A stretch of DNA of 64,000 nucleotides. It comes from Planctomycetota bacterium (GTDB taxonomy: Bacteria > Planctomycetota > UBA1135 > JAKEFM01). The stretch lies in assembly GCA_022616055.1 (NCBI GenBank), contig JAKEFM010000086.1, positions 74,183 to 138,182 on the forward strand, in the 5' to 3' direction. Shown piece after piece: positions 21,822 to 30,617 of this stretch. The notes under the pieces are model-generated. The model was not told the DNA's origin and ran no database searches. It was given only the letters and a program-made list of their open reading frames with translations. How positions within the stretch are numbered: position 1 is the stretch's first letter; every line of letters begins with the position of its first letter. Position numbers and translations under genes: made by a program.

Positions 21822-22556
21822 CTACGTCCCGAGCCGGAGGCGCTCTCCGAGGGCCGGAGGGAGTCCGGCCCGGAGAATCCGCCCGACCTCGCCCTCGACG
21901 TCGTAGGGGACGCGGCGGATCCAGACCTTGTCCGCGACGTCGTCGTAGAGCGCGTAGGCCGCGCGCGGATCGCCGTCCCGCGGCTGGCCGATGCTCCCCA
22001 CGTTGACGAGAGCCTTCGAGCAGCCGCTCAGGGAGATCTCGGGGTCGAAGGTGTACCAGAGCCGCACCGGATCCCCCTCGCGGCAGAGGTAGGAGACGGG
22101 GACGTGGGAATGACCCACGAAGCCGATCCGGGTCTGGAGGCGCGCGAGGGAGGCCTGGGCGTCCGGGGCGCTCTGGATGTAGTCGAAGGCCTCGGGCCTG
22201 TCGATCGATCCGTGCGCGACGGTCACGGGCCCCTCCTCGACGAGGAGGGGGAGCCGGCTCAGGTAGTCGGCGCTTCGCGCGTCGAGGGACCGCCGCGTCC
22301 AGAGCATCGCCTCGCGGGCGCTCGGGTGGAATCCTTCGACGGGGATCCGGTCGACCGCCGCCAGATCGTGATTCCCGGCGACGGCGGTCACTCCCGCCTC
22401 GAGGATGCGCCTCACGCACTCGGAAGGCGCCGCGCCGTAGCCGACGATGTCCCCGACGCTGAACAGGCGGTCGACTCCTTCGCGGGCGAGCGAGGAGAGG
22501 ACGGCATCCAGGGCGGAAGGGTTCGCGTGGATGTCTCCGAGGATCCCGTATCGCAA
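21822..22556 (-). CDS. metallophosphoesterase (calcineurin-like, YfcE/MJ0936-type)
   Basis: 244 aa. GDIHAN, GDIVGYG, GNHD and GHSH motifs. Confidence 0.88.
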   Translation of the reverse strand: MRYGILGDIHANPSALDAVLSSLAREGVDRLFSVGDIVGYGAAPSECVRRILEAGVTAVAGNHDLAAVDRIPVEGFHPSAREAMLWTRRSLDARSADYLSRLPLLVEEGPVTVAHGSIDRPEAFDYIQSAPDAQASLARLQTRIGFVGHSHVPVSYLCREGDPVRLWYTFDPEISLSGCSKALVNVGSIGQPRDGDPRAAYALYDDVADKVWIRRVPYDVEGEVGRILRAGLPPALGERLRLGT

Positions 22557-22565
22557 GCGGCCTCC

Positions 22566-22835
22566 CTAATGTCGGATCTCGAACGATGACTCGACATTTA
22601 GATCGACACTTTTCTGCACTCTTTTGTCAGTTATATGTCCAGCAAATTTCGAATCTATCCCCTCCAACAACTGGGCGACGCGATCCCGGTCTCCCTGCAC
22701 GGTCAGGAGGACCGTTCCGTCGGATTCGTTTCTGACCCATCCAACCAGAGCGAGGGAATCGGCGAGCGCCTTGACGGCCCAACGGAAGCCCACCCCTTGC
22801 ACCTGGCCGTGGTAGGCGACTCTCAGGTGTTGCAT
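22566..22835 (-). CDS. acyP: acylphosphatase
   Basis: 89 aa from MQHLRVAYHGQVQGVGFRW..., containing the VxGxVQGVxFR signature. The 3' third of the gene is noticeably AT-richer. Confidence 0.85.
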   Translation of the reverse strand: MQHLRVAYHGQVQGVGFRWAVKALADSLALVGWVRNESDGTVLLTVQGDRDRVAQLLEGIDSKFAGHITDKRVQKSVDLNVESSFEIRH

Positions 22836-22902
22836 TCCGCCGGCTGACCCTGAATCCTTCCCGCGCTTCACGATCAAGACTCCCGGGAATCCTGGAACCG
22901 AG

Positions 22903-23760
22903 ATGGAAGACAAGCGACTGGGCCGAGGGCTTAGGTCACTCCTCTCACCTACCACGAACCTCGCGGAAGAGGGAGGGGCAAGCGAGGTGGCGGTCGGAGA
23001 TCTCCGGCCGAACAAACTTCAACCTCGGCAGGCGATCTCGGAGGAGGGAGTGAGATCCCTGTCCGAATCGATCCGGAAGCACGGGATGCTTCAGCCGATC
23101 GTAGTTCGACGGACCGGAGGCTCCTACGAGATCGTCGCGGGTGAACGCAGGTGGAGGGCGGCGAAGCTCGCCGGGATGGAGCGGGTTCCCGTTCGCGTGA
23201 TCCAGGGGAGCGGAGACGAGCAGGCCCTGGAAGTCGCGCTCGTCGAGAACGTCCAGCGAGAGGATCTGGATCCGATCTCCCGGGCGAAAGCCATGAGGCA
23301 GTTGATCGACGTGTTCGGACTCACGCAGGAGCGGGTAGCCGTCGTGGTCGGCATGGACCGTTCGTCGGTCTCCAATACCATCCGGCTGCTGGAGCTCCCC
23401 TCGGAAGTTCAGGAGTTCGTTTCACGTGGAACACTCTCGTCGGGGCACGCTCGCGCCATCCTCCCTGTCGGAGACGCATCTCGCATGGTGGGACTAGCCA
23501 GGCTCGTGATCGAGCGAGGTCTCTCGGTCCGTCAGACCGAGAGTCTCGTCAGAGATGCGACCCCGGGGCCCAAGAAGCGAGTGGAGGGCCGGAAAGCGGG
23601 CCGCTCCACGGAGCCGTGGGAGTGGGAACTGGAGGGGAGGCTCCGCGAGTCACTCGGATGCCGAGCGACGCTCGAGCAGTCCGGAGACGCTTGGCGGATC
23701 GTCATCCACTGCGCCGACCGGAGCGAGTTGGACAGGGTCTCGGCGCGGCTGATGAAGTAG
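22903..23760 (+). CDS. parB: chromosome partitioning protein ParB/Spo0J
   Basis: 285 aa. KRLGRGLRSLL, the ParB box IVAGERRWRAAKLAG, and the HTH GLTQERVAVVVGMDRSSVSNTIRLL. Confidence 0.93.
   Translation: MEDKRLGRGLRSLLSPTTNLAEEGGASEVAVGDLRPNKLQPRQAISEEGVRSLSESIRKHGMLQPIVVRRTGGSYEIVAGERRWRAAKLAGMERVPVRVIQGSGDEQALEVALVENVQREDLDPISRAKAMRQLIDVFGLTQERVAVVVGMDRSSVSNTIRLLELPSEVQEFVSRGTLSSGHARAILPVGDASRMVGLARLVIERGLSVRQTESLVRDATPGPKKRVEGRKAGRSTEPWEWELEGRLRESLGCRATLEQSGDAWRIVIHCADRSELDRVSARLMK
23418..23433. promoter_or_regulatory. parS-like centromere site inside parB
   Basis: CGTTTCACGTGGAACA matches the parS consensus TGTTTCACGTGAAACA at 14 of 16 positions, and the palindromic core TTCACGTG is intact. 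Confidence 0.55.
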
Positions 23761-23800
23761 TCCGAGTGCTCCGCGCCGCAGACGCTCCCGTCGGACGGGA

Positions 23801-24775
23801 CTACTTCGCGGAGACGATCTTGATCTCGGTCCGCTCGGGACCGGGCGACGACGTTGCCGGGAGCAGGTCCCCACCCTCCGTGATCGTCGCAAGCGGGATC
23901 CAGTCGAACTCGCGACCGAGGGTGTCGTAGCCCAGAAGGGCGAGGCCGCGCGTGCCCTGCGTGCCCCCGTCCTTGGGGGCGAGCGGACGCGACGCCAGGG
24001 TGCCCCGAAAGAGGGAATAGCTCGCCTGATCCGGACGCACGGCCTCCAGGAGCGAATTCAAGTCCTTCGGTGCCTCGGCGCGATCCGCGGCAGGCTTCAG
24101 GTCGTAGCACCGATCGCCTGGACTCCACGCCAGGGTTGCATTCGTCAATCCACCACCCTTCACGAAGGCGAGGAGGCCGTCCGTGAGCGTTGAGGGGAGC
24201 TGAGGGTCGAAGCGAAACGCCAGGCGACCTCCCTCAAGCTCGAGCTCGAACCCCGGGGCGCCATCCTTGGGAGGATTGGCTGTGAGACTCCCGTGAGAGC
24301 TCAACCACGACCGGAGACTCTCGGCTCTGCCGGCGAGATTCTCGAAACCTCCACTTCCCCCGGGCGGCGCGAGCGCGGAGAGTGTCTTGGCTCCCGGATC
24401 GCTCGTCAGGGCACTCTTCAGGCTCGAGATGGAATCGGAAAGCCGGTCGATCTCTCCCATTCGTCCCGCCTGAACTGCCCTCGCGACCTCGCCCCAGCAC
24501 TGTCCTGTCGCAGCACGGATCTCCGTCGCCGCGACGTCCGGGTCGTGCTTGGCCATGACCGTCGGGAATCCGAGAAATCCGCCACCTACGTTCAATTGGG
24601 CATCAAACGGCACCCATTTGGACTCTGATTTCTGTGTTATGAATCTGCGCACAGACCAGGAAACGACGACGGCAGCGAACGCGACCACGGCCGCGAGGAC
24701 GAACCACCGCACGAGGTTCGTCCTGACCTTGTCGAGTCGACTGTCGAAGTCTTCGAGGGTGTGGAGGATGCTCAT
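23801..24775 (-). CDS. membrane-anchored hypothetical protein with a degenerate cyclophilin-like C-terminal domain
   Basis: 324 aa with an N-terminal TM ([17 protein letters not shown]). The C-terminal ~150 aa ([33 protein letters not shown]...FRGTLASRP...) follow the spacing of a cyclophilin PPIase, but the catalytic residues are not conserved. The DNA is lower in GC than its surroundings. Confidence 0.45.
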   Translation of the reverse strand: [324 protein letters not shown]

Positions 24776-24800
24776 CTTGAAGTGAGGGAGCGACGATCTT

Positions 24801-25265
24801 TCAGGATCCAGGATTCCCCTTGGCGAGGTCGGGATCGGGCTCGACCGTGACGAGGAGCGCCGTCAGGCCCGCCTTGTTTCGCGACGTCCGGCGGAGATCG
24901 CATCGGAGGACGGAGCGGCCCTTCCTGAACTCGAGCCTGCGGGCGCCTCCCTCCGTCGACTCGGTCGTCTGGGTCCAGCCGTGCTGGGGAATCCGGTCGC
25001 GGAGGTAGGAGGCGGCGCGGGCGGGATCGGGAGCGCCTTCGTAGAGGAGACGGCCCTGCCGGAAAGAGCCGCACTGGTAGGAGTAGGACTGGAGGACGTC
25101 GGTCCGGAGCTTGAACCCTTCCGGGACGGGGATGTCCTCGAACTGCGCGCGAGCGATCGAGGCGTGATCGAAATCGGGATCGGGCGCCGGCTTCTTCGCG
25201 TCCTCGTACACGGACCGGCATCCCGCGAGGAGGAGGACGACGCCGGGAAGGAGAGCACGGTTCAT
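24801..25265 (-). CDS. lipoprotein, unknown function
   Basis: 154 aa from MNRALLPGVVLLLAGC, which has a lipobox. It is the C-terminal part of ORF 24801..25592. Confidence 0.7.
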   Translation of the reverse strand: MNRALLPGVVLLLAGCRSVYEDAKKPAPDPDFDHASIARAQFEDIPVPEGFKLRTDVLQSYSYQCGSFRQGRLLYEGAPDPARAASYLRDRIPQHGWTQTTESTEGGARRLEFRKGRSVLRCDLRRTSRNKAGLTALLVTVEPDPDLAKGNPGS

Positions 25266-25436
25266 GCGGGGAAGGCGCGCGCCGCGCGCGGAAGGGGCGC
25301 GGATTTTAGGCTCTTCCGCGGGAGGCCGAAAGGAGAGGGTTCCGGGGGCGCGCTCGCCGTCGGGTCGCCTTTGATCCGGTGCGGAGGGCGAGTATCCTCG
25401 GTCTCTCGGCCGCCACGGCGGCCGACCGGCGACGCC

Positions 25437-26048
25437 ATGTACGAGCTCGATTCGGCGGCCCTCCTCGACGAGCGGACGCTCGTCCTGAACCGGTCGTGGG
25501 CCGTCGTGAGCGTCACGACCGTGCGGCGCGCCCTCGGGATGGTCTACCGGAGGGTCGCGCGGGTGATCGCGCCGGAGACGTACGAGACGCACGACTTCGA
25601 TTCCTGGGCGACGCTCTCCAGCGCGCGCGGCGGCCCCTGCGTCCGGACGGTCTCCCTCCGGATCCGCGTGCCGGAGGCGGTCGTGCTACTCCGCTACGAC
25701 GGACTCCCGCAGGCCCGCGTCCCCTTCTCGCGGAAGAACCTGTTCCGGCGCGACAACTTCACCTGCCAGTACTGCGGCCACCGCCGCCCCGCGGAGGACC
25801 TTTCGATCGACCACCTGGTTCCGCGGGCCCGAGGGGGGCGGAGCTCGTGGGAGAACTGCGTCCTCGCCTGCCTGGAGTGCAACCTCCGCAAGGGGGACGG
25901 GACCCCCGAGGAGGCCGGGCTGCGGCTCATCCGCAAGCCCTCGCGCCCCCGGTGGGCGCCGTACCTCAGCGTGGCCGTCGGCCGGCGGAAGGCCTCCTGG
26001 GACCGGTTCGTGTCGGAGCGGTACTGGAACGTCGAGCTCGAACCGTGA
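25437..26048 (+). CDS. HNH endonuclease
   Basis: 203 aa from MYELDSAALLDERTLVLNRSW.... HNH core: CQYCGHRRPAEDLSIDHLVPRARGGRSSWENCVLACLECNLRKG. Confidence 0.88.
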   Translation: MYELDSAALLDERTLVLNRSWAVVSVTTVRRALGMVYRRVARVIAPETYETHDFDSWATLSSARGGPCVRTVSLRIRVPEAVVLLRYDGLPQARVPFSRKNLFRRDNFTCQYCGHRRPAEDLSIDHLVPRARGGRSSWENCVLACLECNLRKGDGTPEEAGLRLIRKPSRPRWAPYLSVAVGRRKASWDRFVSERYWNVELEP

Positions 26049-26070
26049 GGGGAGCGAGGAAGGGCGGTCG

Positions 26071-27471
26071 ATGAGGCGGGGGCGCACGCTCCGTATCGCC
26101 TCGGCGGTGCTCCTCGCCGCGGCCGGCACGGTCGCCGCGGCGGCCCCGCGATTCCAGGAGCCGGCGAGCAAGCCCGCGACCAGCCCGGCATCGACCGAGG
26201 CCCTGAAGGCCGAGTTCCGCCGCCGTCGCGACGCCCTCCAGAAGGGGGACGTTGAGGGTCTGCTCGATCTCGCCAAGTGGTGCGCGGGGGTCGGGCTCAA
26301 GGCCGAGGAGAAGACCGCCCTCAAGCAGGTCCTCGTCGCCGACACGAACCACGAGGCGGCGAGGCGCCTCCTCGGCTACGTCCGGAACGACGCGGGGAAG
26401 TGGGTCCTTGAGGAGGAACTCCGGAAGCAGAAGGAGAAGGAGGAGGAGCAGGAGAATCTCCGGCGCGGGCTCGTGAAGACCAAGACCGGGGAGTGGGTGA
26501 CGAAGGAGGAGAAGGGCTTCCTGGACGCGGGGAAGGTGCGCCGCGACGGCGAATGGCTCTCGAAGGAGGACGCCGAGAAGCTCGAGAAGGGGTGGAAGCG
26601 CGTCGACGGGGAGCTCATCCCTCCCGAGGAGGCCCCGCAGGTCGAGAAGGGGCTCTTCAAGGTGGACGGGAAGTGGATCCCGAAGCAGGAGGCGAACCGC
26701 CTCCGGGCGGACTGGGAGAACGGGTGGAGGATCCCCCGCGGGCCGGTCCTCCTCCGGACGAACGTCGACCGGGACAGCGCCGACGGACTCCTCACCTGGG
26801 CCGGGGCCGCGTACGACCGGTTGAAGAGCGTCCTCGGGACCGAGGCGAAGCCCCAGTCGATCCTCCTCTTCGGCTTCAAGGACCTCGCCGAGTACAACCG
26901 GTACGCGCAGCAGTTCGGCGAGCACCACTCCTCCGTCTACGGCTGCTACCTCGCCGCGACCGACGAGGAGCGGCCCGGCGCGTTCATCGCCGGGGACAAG
27001 CGGTGGGCCCCGTTCTACGTCGTCCACGCCGTGGGACATGTCTATCTCGACCGGCTCCTGCACCGGGGGGAGGAGAAGGAGCAGGACGAGGAGATCCCCC
27101 TCTGGCTGGAGGAGGGGTTCGCCAACTACGGCGAGTGGCTCCACAAGGACGTCCCGAAGGATTCGCGCGCCTGGGCGATCTCCGAGCGCATCGCGAAGCG
27201 GGGCGGACTCGGGTCCCTCAAGCAGCTCACGAAGTCGTTCGAGATCTCGAGGGACGACCCGGACGGGTCCCTCAAGCTGATGCTCGAGGCGGGCCTCCTC
27301 GTCGCGTACCACGTCGAGACGAAGGACGAGCGCGACCGCAAGCTCTTCGCGGACCTCGTCCGGGCGATCGGGGGGGGGAACCGCAAGGAGGTCGTGAAAG
27401 CCGCCGGCGCCCTGGTCCAGGACACCGCGGCCCTCGAGCGGAAACTCAAGGATTACGCGGGGTTGAAATAG
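26071..27471 (+). CDS. secreted protein with G-[KE]-W repeats and a peptidase-MA-like C-terminal domain (HAVGH)
   Basis: 466 aa with a signal peptide. Repeats: GKWVLEEE, GEWVTKEE, GEWLSKED, GKWIPKQE. The C-terminal region has VHAVGHVY...LWLEEGFANYGEW, which resembles gluzincin HExxH...E but has Ala in place of the catalytic Glu. Confidence 0.55.
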   Translation: MRRGRTLRIASAVLLAAAGTVAAAAPRFQEPASKPATSPASTEALKAEFRRRRDALQKGDVEGLLDLAKWCAGVGLKAEEKTALKQVLVADTNHEAARRLLGYVRNDAGKWVLEEELRKQKEKEEEQENLRRGLVKTKTGEWVTKEEKGFLDAGKVRRDGEWLSKEDAEKLEKGWKRVDGELIPPEEAPQVEKGLFKVDGKWIPKQEANRLRADWENGWRIPRGPVLLRTNVDRDSADGLLTWAGAAYDRLKSVLGTEAKPQSILLFGFKDLAEYNRYAQQFGEHHSSVYGCYLAATDEERPGAFIAGDKRWAPFYVVHAVGHVYLDRLLHRGEEKEQDEEIPLWLEEGFANYGEWLHKDVPKDSRAWAISERIAKRGGLGSLKQLTKSFEISRDDPDGSLKLMLEAGLLVAYHVETKDERDRKLFADLVRAIGGGNRKEVVKAAGALVQDTAALERKLKDYAGLK

Positions 27472-27592
27472 TCCAGGCTGCCTGCGCATTCCTCCGGCCG
27501 CGCGAGAAGCCCCCCCGGGCCGCGGGACCAGGGGATCGGACCGGCGGGTCCCCGCGGACGGGGTCGAGGATGGTGGGCACCAAGGATCACTC

Positions 27593-29854
27593 ATGAGCGA
27601 AACTCGCAGGCGGTCGTCCCTCTCCCTCGTGCGTCGCATCGGCCTCCTCCTGGGGGCCGTCGCGTTTCCCGCGGCCGACCTCCGCCCGCAGGGGGATGCC
27701 GGGACGGAGGGGCTCGCGCGCTACCTCCCCGCCGACGCCGTGGCGGTCCTCTCGTTTCCGGACCTCACCGCGACCCTCCAGGACTGCCGGTCGCTGCCGC
27801 TCTGGCAGATGGGCCGCGAGAAGGAGGTGAGCGAGTTCCTCGCGCAGCCGTTCCGGCAGATGCACGAGTGGATCGAGGCGGGCCGGAAGTCGTCCGCGCA
27901 GGCCTCTGGGATCGATCTCGGACCCCTCCTCGAGACCAAGTTCCGGGGGATCGAGATCGGGCTCGCCCGCTTCCGGTTTCCGGAGGCGGGGGGACCGCCC
28001 GAAGTGGCCGCGGCCGTGCGCGTCGACGCCGGCGCCGACTCCCCCAAGCTCAAGGCGATCCTGGATCGCCTCCGCGAGAAGGTGCCGGCGGAGAAGGCCG
28101 CGGTCCGGGACGAGACGGTCGGCGGGAAGACCTTCACCGTCATCCGTCAGAAGGCCGATCCCCGCGACCCGACGCGGATCGTCTTCTGGAGCCCCGAGGG
28201 GACGGCGGTCTACCTCGTGGTCGGGACTCCGGGGAGCTCCTTCCCCGAGGAGTTCCTCGGCAGGGTCGCAGGCGGCACGGCGAGCCCGTCCCTAGCCTCC
28301 GACCCGGAGTTCAAGGCCTGCACCGGTCGGGTGGGGAACGCGGGGAGCGAGATCCGGTTCTTCATGCGGGTCCCCCCGCTCGTCGACGGGCTCCTCAAGG
28401 GGCTCTCGTTCGCCCCCCCCGGCGAGCTTCCCGCCTTCCTGCGGCCGCAGGGCGTGAAGGCGGCGCTCTCGGCACTGGGCCTGGACGGGCTGCGCGCCCT
28501 CGCCTGCGCCTCGACGGCGGCAGGCGACCACTCCGTGAACGAGTCCTACGTCCTCGCCCCGTCCCCCCGGAAGGGGCTCCTCGCGCTCGGCGGGGAGGGC
28601 GCCGCGGACCTCGCGCTTCTCGAGCGGGTCCCGAAGGAGGCCGACTCCTTCACCGTGGGCTGCGTCAGGATGGGGGAGATCTGGGACACCCTCTTCCGCG
28701 CGCTCGCCGCGCTCTCCGCGGAGACGGAGCGGGAGGTGACCGGAGAGCTCGCGAAGTTCGAGGAGAAGAACGGGGTGAGCCTCCGGAAGGACCTCCTCGG
28801 CTCCATGGGGGAGAACTTCCTCCTCTACTCGCTGCCGGCGAAGAACATGATGATGGGAGGCGCCCCCGACCTGACCTTCCTGATGCCGCTCCGCGACGCG
28901 GCGGCGTTCGAGAAGGCCGCGCGGGCCCTCAGCGACGCGCTGGTCGGGACCGGCATGGTCGCGCTCAAGGAGGCGGACCTCGAGGGGACGAAGATCCGGT
29001 CGTTCTCCGTGAAGTTCGACGGGGGAGGCTCCCACGGCGCCTTCGGCGGGATGGGGTTCAACCCCTTCGTCGCGATCAATCCGGCCTACGCGGTGAAGGG
29101 GGATCTGCTGATCGCCTCCCTCAGCCGGCAGGGCCTCCAGAAGGCCATCCGTCGCCTCGCGCAGTCCGGAGGCGAGGGAGGGGCGTCCGTCGAGGGGTAC
29201 CGGCGCTTCGCCGGGAAGCTCCCGCAGGGCGTCTCCGGCGTCTCCTACAGCGACCCGCGGGAGACGGTCGGCATGATCTACACGACCGTCACCTCGTTCC
29301 TTCCGCTCGCCGCGGCGGGGCGCGACCTTCCCATCGACATCAACTCGCTCCCCTCCGCCGAGGCGATCAAGAAGCACCTCTTCGGCGGGCTGTCCTATTC
29401 GAAGACGGAGAAGGACGGGCTCTACTCCTGCTCCTTCTCCCCGTGGGGCGTCGACACCCTCCTCGGCCTGGGGGTCGTCGGCGCCGCCACCGCCTCCACG
29501 TTCGTCGCCTACGAGGGAAAGAAGGGGGGATCGGGGGAGGAGATCGTCCTCGCCCCCGTGGGGAAGGAGGACCCGGTCGAGCGCGCGCGAAGGGAGATGC
29601 TCGACATCAAGTCGGGCCTGACGATCCACCGGATGGACTACGACGCCCTCCCCGCCCGGCTCGCCGATCTCCTCAAGCCTTCCGCGGAGTACCCCGACGG
29701 CCTCCTCGCCGGCCGCAAGGAGGTCCCGAAGGACCCGTGGGGGAACGACTACGTCTACGAGCCCTCGGCCGACGGGAAGACCTACAGGCTCCGGTCGAAG
29801 GGGCCGAACGGCCGAGACGAGGGCGGAGAAGGGGACGACGTCGTGGGGAAGTGA
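27593..29854 (+). CDS. large envelope protein with a C-terminal GspG (type II secretion pseudopilin)-like domain
   Basis: 753 aa. N-terminal signal or anchor, about 600 aa I cannot assign, a hydrophobic helix LLGLGVVGAATASTFVAY, then RREMLDIKSGLTIHRMDYDALP...PKDPWGNDYVYEPSADGKTYRLRSKGPNGRDEGGEGDDVV. That last segment matches the T2SS protein G C-terminal pattern. Confidence 0.6.
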   Translation: MSETRRRSSLSLVRRIGLLLGAVAFPAADLRPQGDAGTEGLARYLPADAVAVLSFPDLTATLQDCRSLPLWQMGREKEVSEFLAQPFRQMHEWIEAGRKSSAQASGIDLGPLLETKFRGIEIGLARFRFPEAGGPPEVAAAVRVDAGADSPKLKAILDRLREKVPAEKAAVRDETVGGKTFTVIRQKADPRDPTRIVFWSPEGTAVYLVVGTPGSSFPEEFLGRVAGGTASPSLASDPEFKACTGRVGNAGSEIRFFMRVPPLVDGLLKGLSFAPPGELPAFLRPQGVKAALSALGLDGLRALACASTAAGDHSVNESYVLAPSPRKGLLALGGEGAADLALLERVPKEADSFTVGCVRMGEIWDTLFRALAALSAETEREVTGELAKFEEKNGVSLRKDLLGSMGENFLLYSLPAKNMMMGGAPDLTFLMPLRDAAAFEKAARALSDALVGTGMVALKEADLEGTKIRSFSVKFDGGGSHGAFGGMGFNPFVAINPAYAVKGDLLIASLSRQGLQKAIRRLAQSGGEGGASVEGYRRFAGKLPQGVSGVSYSDPRETVGMIYTTVTSFLPLAAAGRDLPIDINSLPSAEAIKKHLFGGLSYSKTEKDGLYSCSFSPWGVDTLLGLGVVGAATASTFVAYEGKKGGSGEEIVLAPVGKEDPVERARREMLDIKSGLTIHRMDYDALPARLADLLKPSAEYPDGLLAGRKEVPKDPWGNDYVYEPSADGKTYRLRSKGPNGRDEGGEGDDVVGK

Positions 29855-29906
29855 GGGCACCGCCCCCGCTCCCCTTCGCGCGCCCCGCGCGCCCTACAAT
29901 CGGGGG

Positions 29907-29941
29907 GCGCCCGTCCCGGAGATCGGCTCCGGACGGGCGTC
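29907..29941 (+). terminator. strong GC hairpin downstream of the 27593..29854 gene
   Basis: GCCCGTCCCGGAG (29909-29921) pairs with CTCCGGACGGGCG (29927-29939) with one bulged base. Loop ATCGG. It is followed by TCCTCCTT rather than a clean T-run. Confidence 0.4.
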
Positions 29942-29945
29942 CTCC

Positions 29946-30617
29946 TTGACCAAGAAAAAGGCGCTCCGGGTCTGGCTGGCGTCGCTCGCGGGGCCGCTCA
30001 TCGTGCGCACGCTGGGCTGCACCCTGCGCGTCCGGTTCGTGAATCCCGAGGTCGAGGAGAAGGCTCGGCGTGTGTGCGGCCGGGTCATCTACGCCTTCTG
30101 GCACGGCGGATCCCTCCTCCCCGCCTACACGCACCGCGGTCGCGGCATCGGGCTTCTCGTCAGCCTCCACCGCGACGGCGAGGTCATGGCTCGCATCGTC
30201 CGGCGGCTCGGCTTTCGGCCGATCCGCGGCTCGACGACGCGGGGAGGCGTCGCCGGACTCCTCGGCCTGATGGACCTCGACGGAAGGTGCGACTTCGGGA
30301 TCACCCCCGACGGGCCGCGCGGTCCGAGTGGCGTCGCGAAGCCCGGGGTCGCCTTCCTCTCCGGCGCGCTGGGGGTGCCGGTGCTCCCCTCGGGGATCGC
30401 CGTGCGCCCCGCCTGGCGCGCGAAGTCCTGGGACCGGTTCGCGATCCCCCGCCCCTTCGCGCGGGTCGTGTACGCGTTCGGCGAGCCGGTCGAGGTGCCC
30501 CGGGACGAGGGAGAGGAGGGGCTGGAGGGGTACGTCCGCCGGATCGAGCGGAGCATCCACGAGGCGCAGGCGATCGCCGAGGCGGCCCTCGGACCTCCGA
30601 CCGGGCCCGCGGGGTGA
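29946..30617 (+). CDS. DUF374-type lysophospholipid acyltransferase-like protein
   Basis: 223 aa. FWHGGSLLPAY...LVSLHRDGEVMARIVRRLGFRPIRGSTTRGG...ITPDGPRGP is typical of DUF374. TTG start. Confidence 0.75.
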   Translation: MTKKKALRVWLASLAGPLIVRTLGCTLRVRFVNPEVEEKARRVCGRVIYAFWHGGSLLPAYTHRGRGIGLLVSLHRDGEVMARIVRRLGFRPIRGSTTRGGVAGLLGLMDLDGRCDFGITPDGPRGPSGVAKPGVAFLSGALGVPVLPSGIAVRPAWRAKSWDRFAIPRPFARVVYAFGEPVEVPRDEGEEGLEGYVRRIERSIHEAQAIAEAALGPPTGPAG

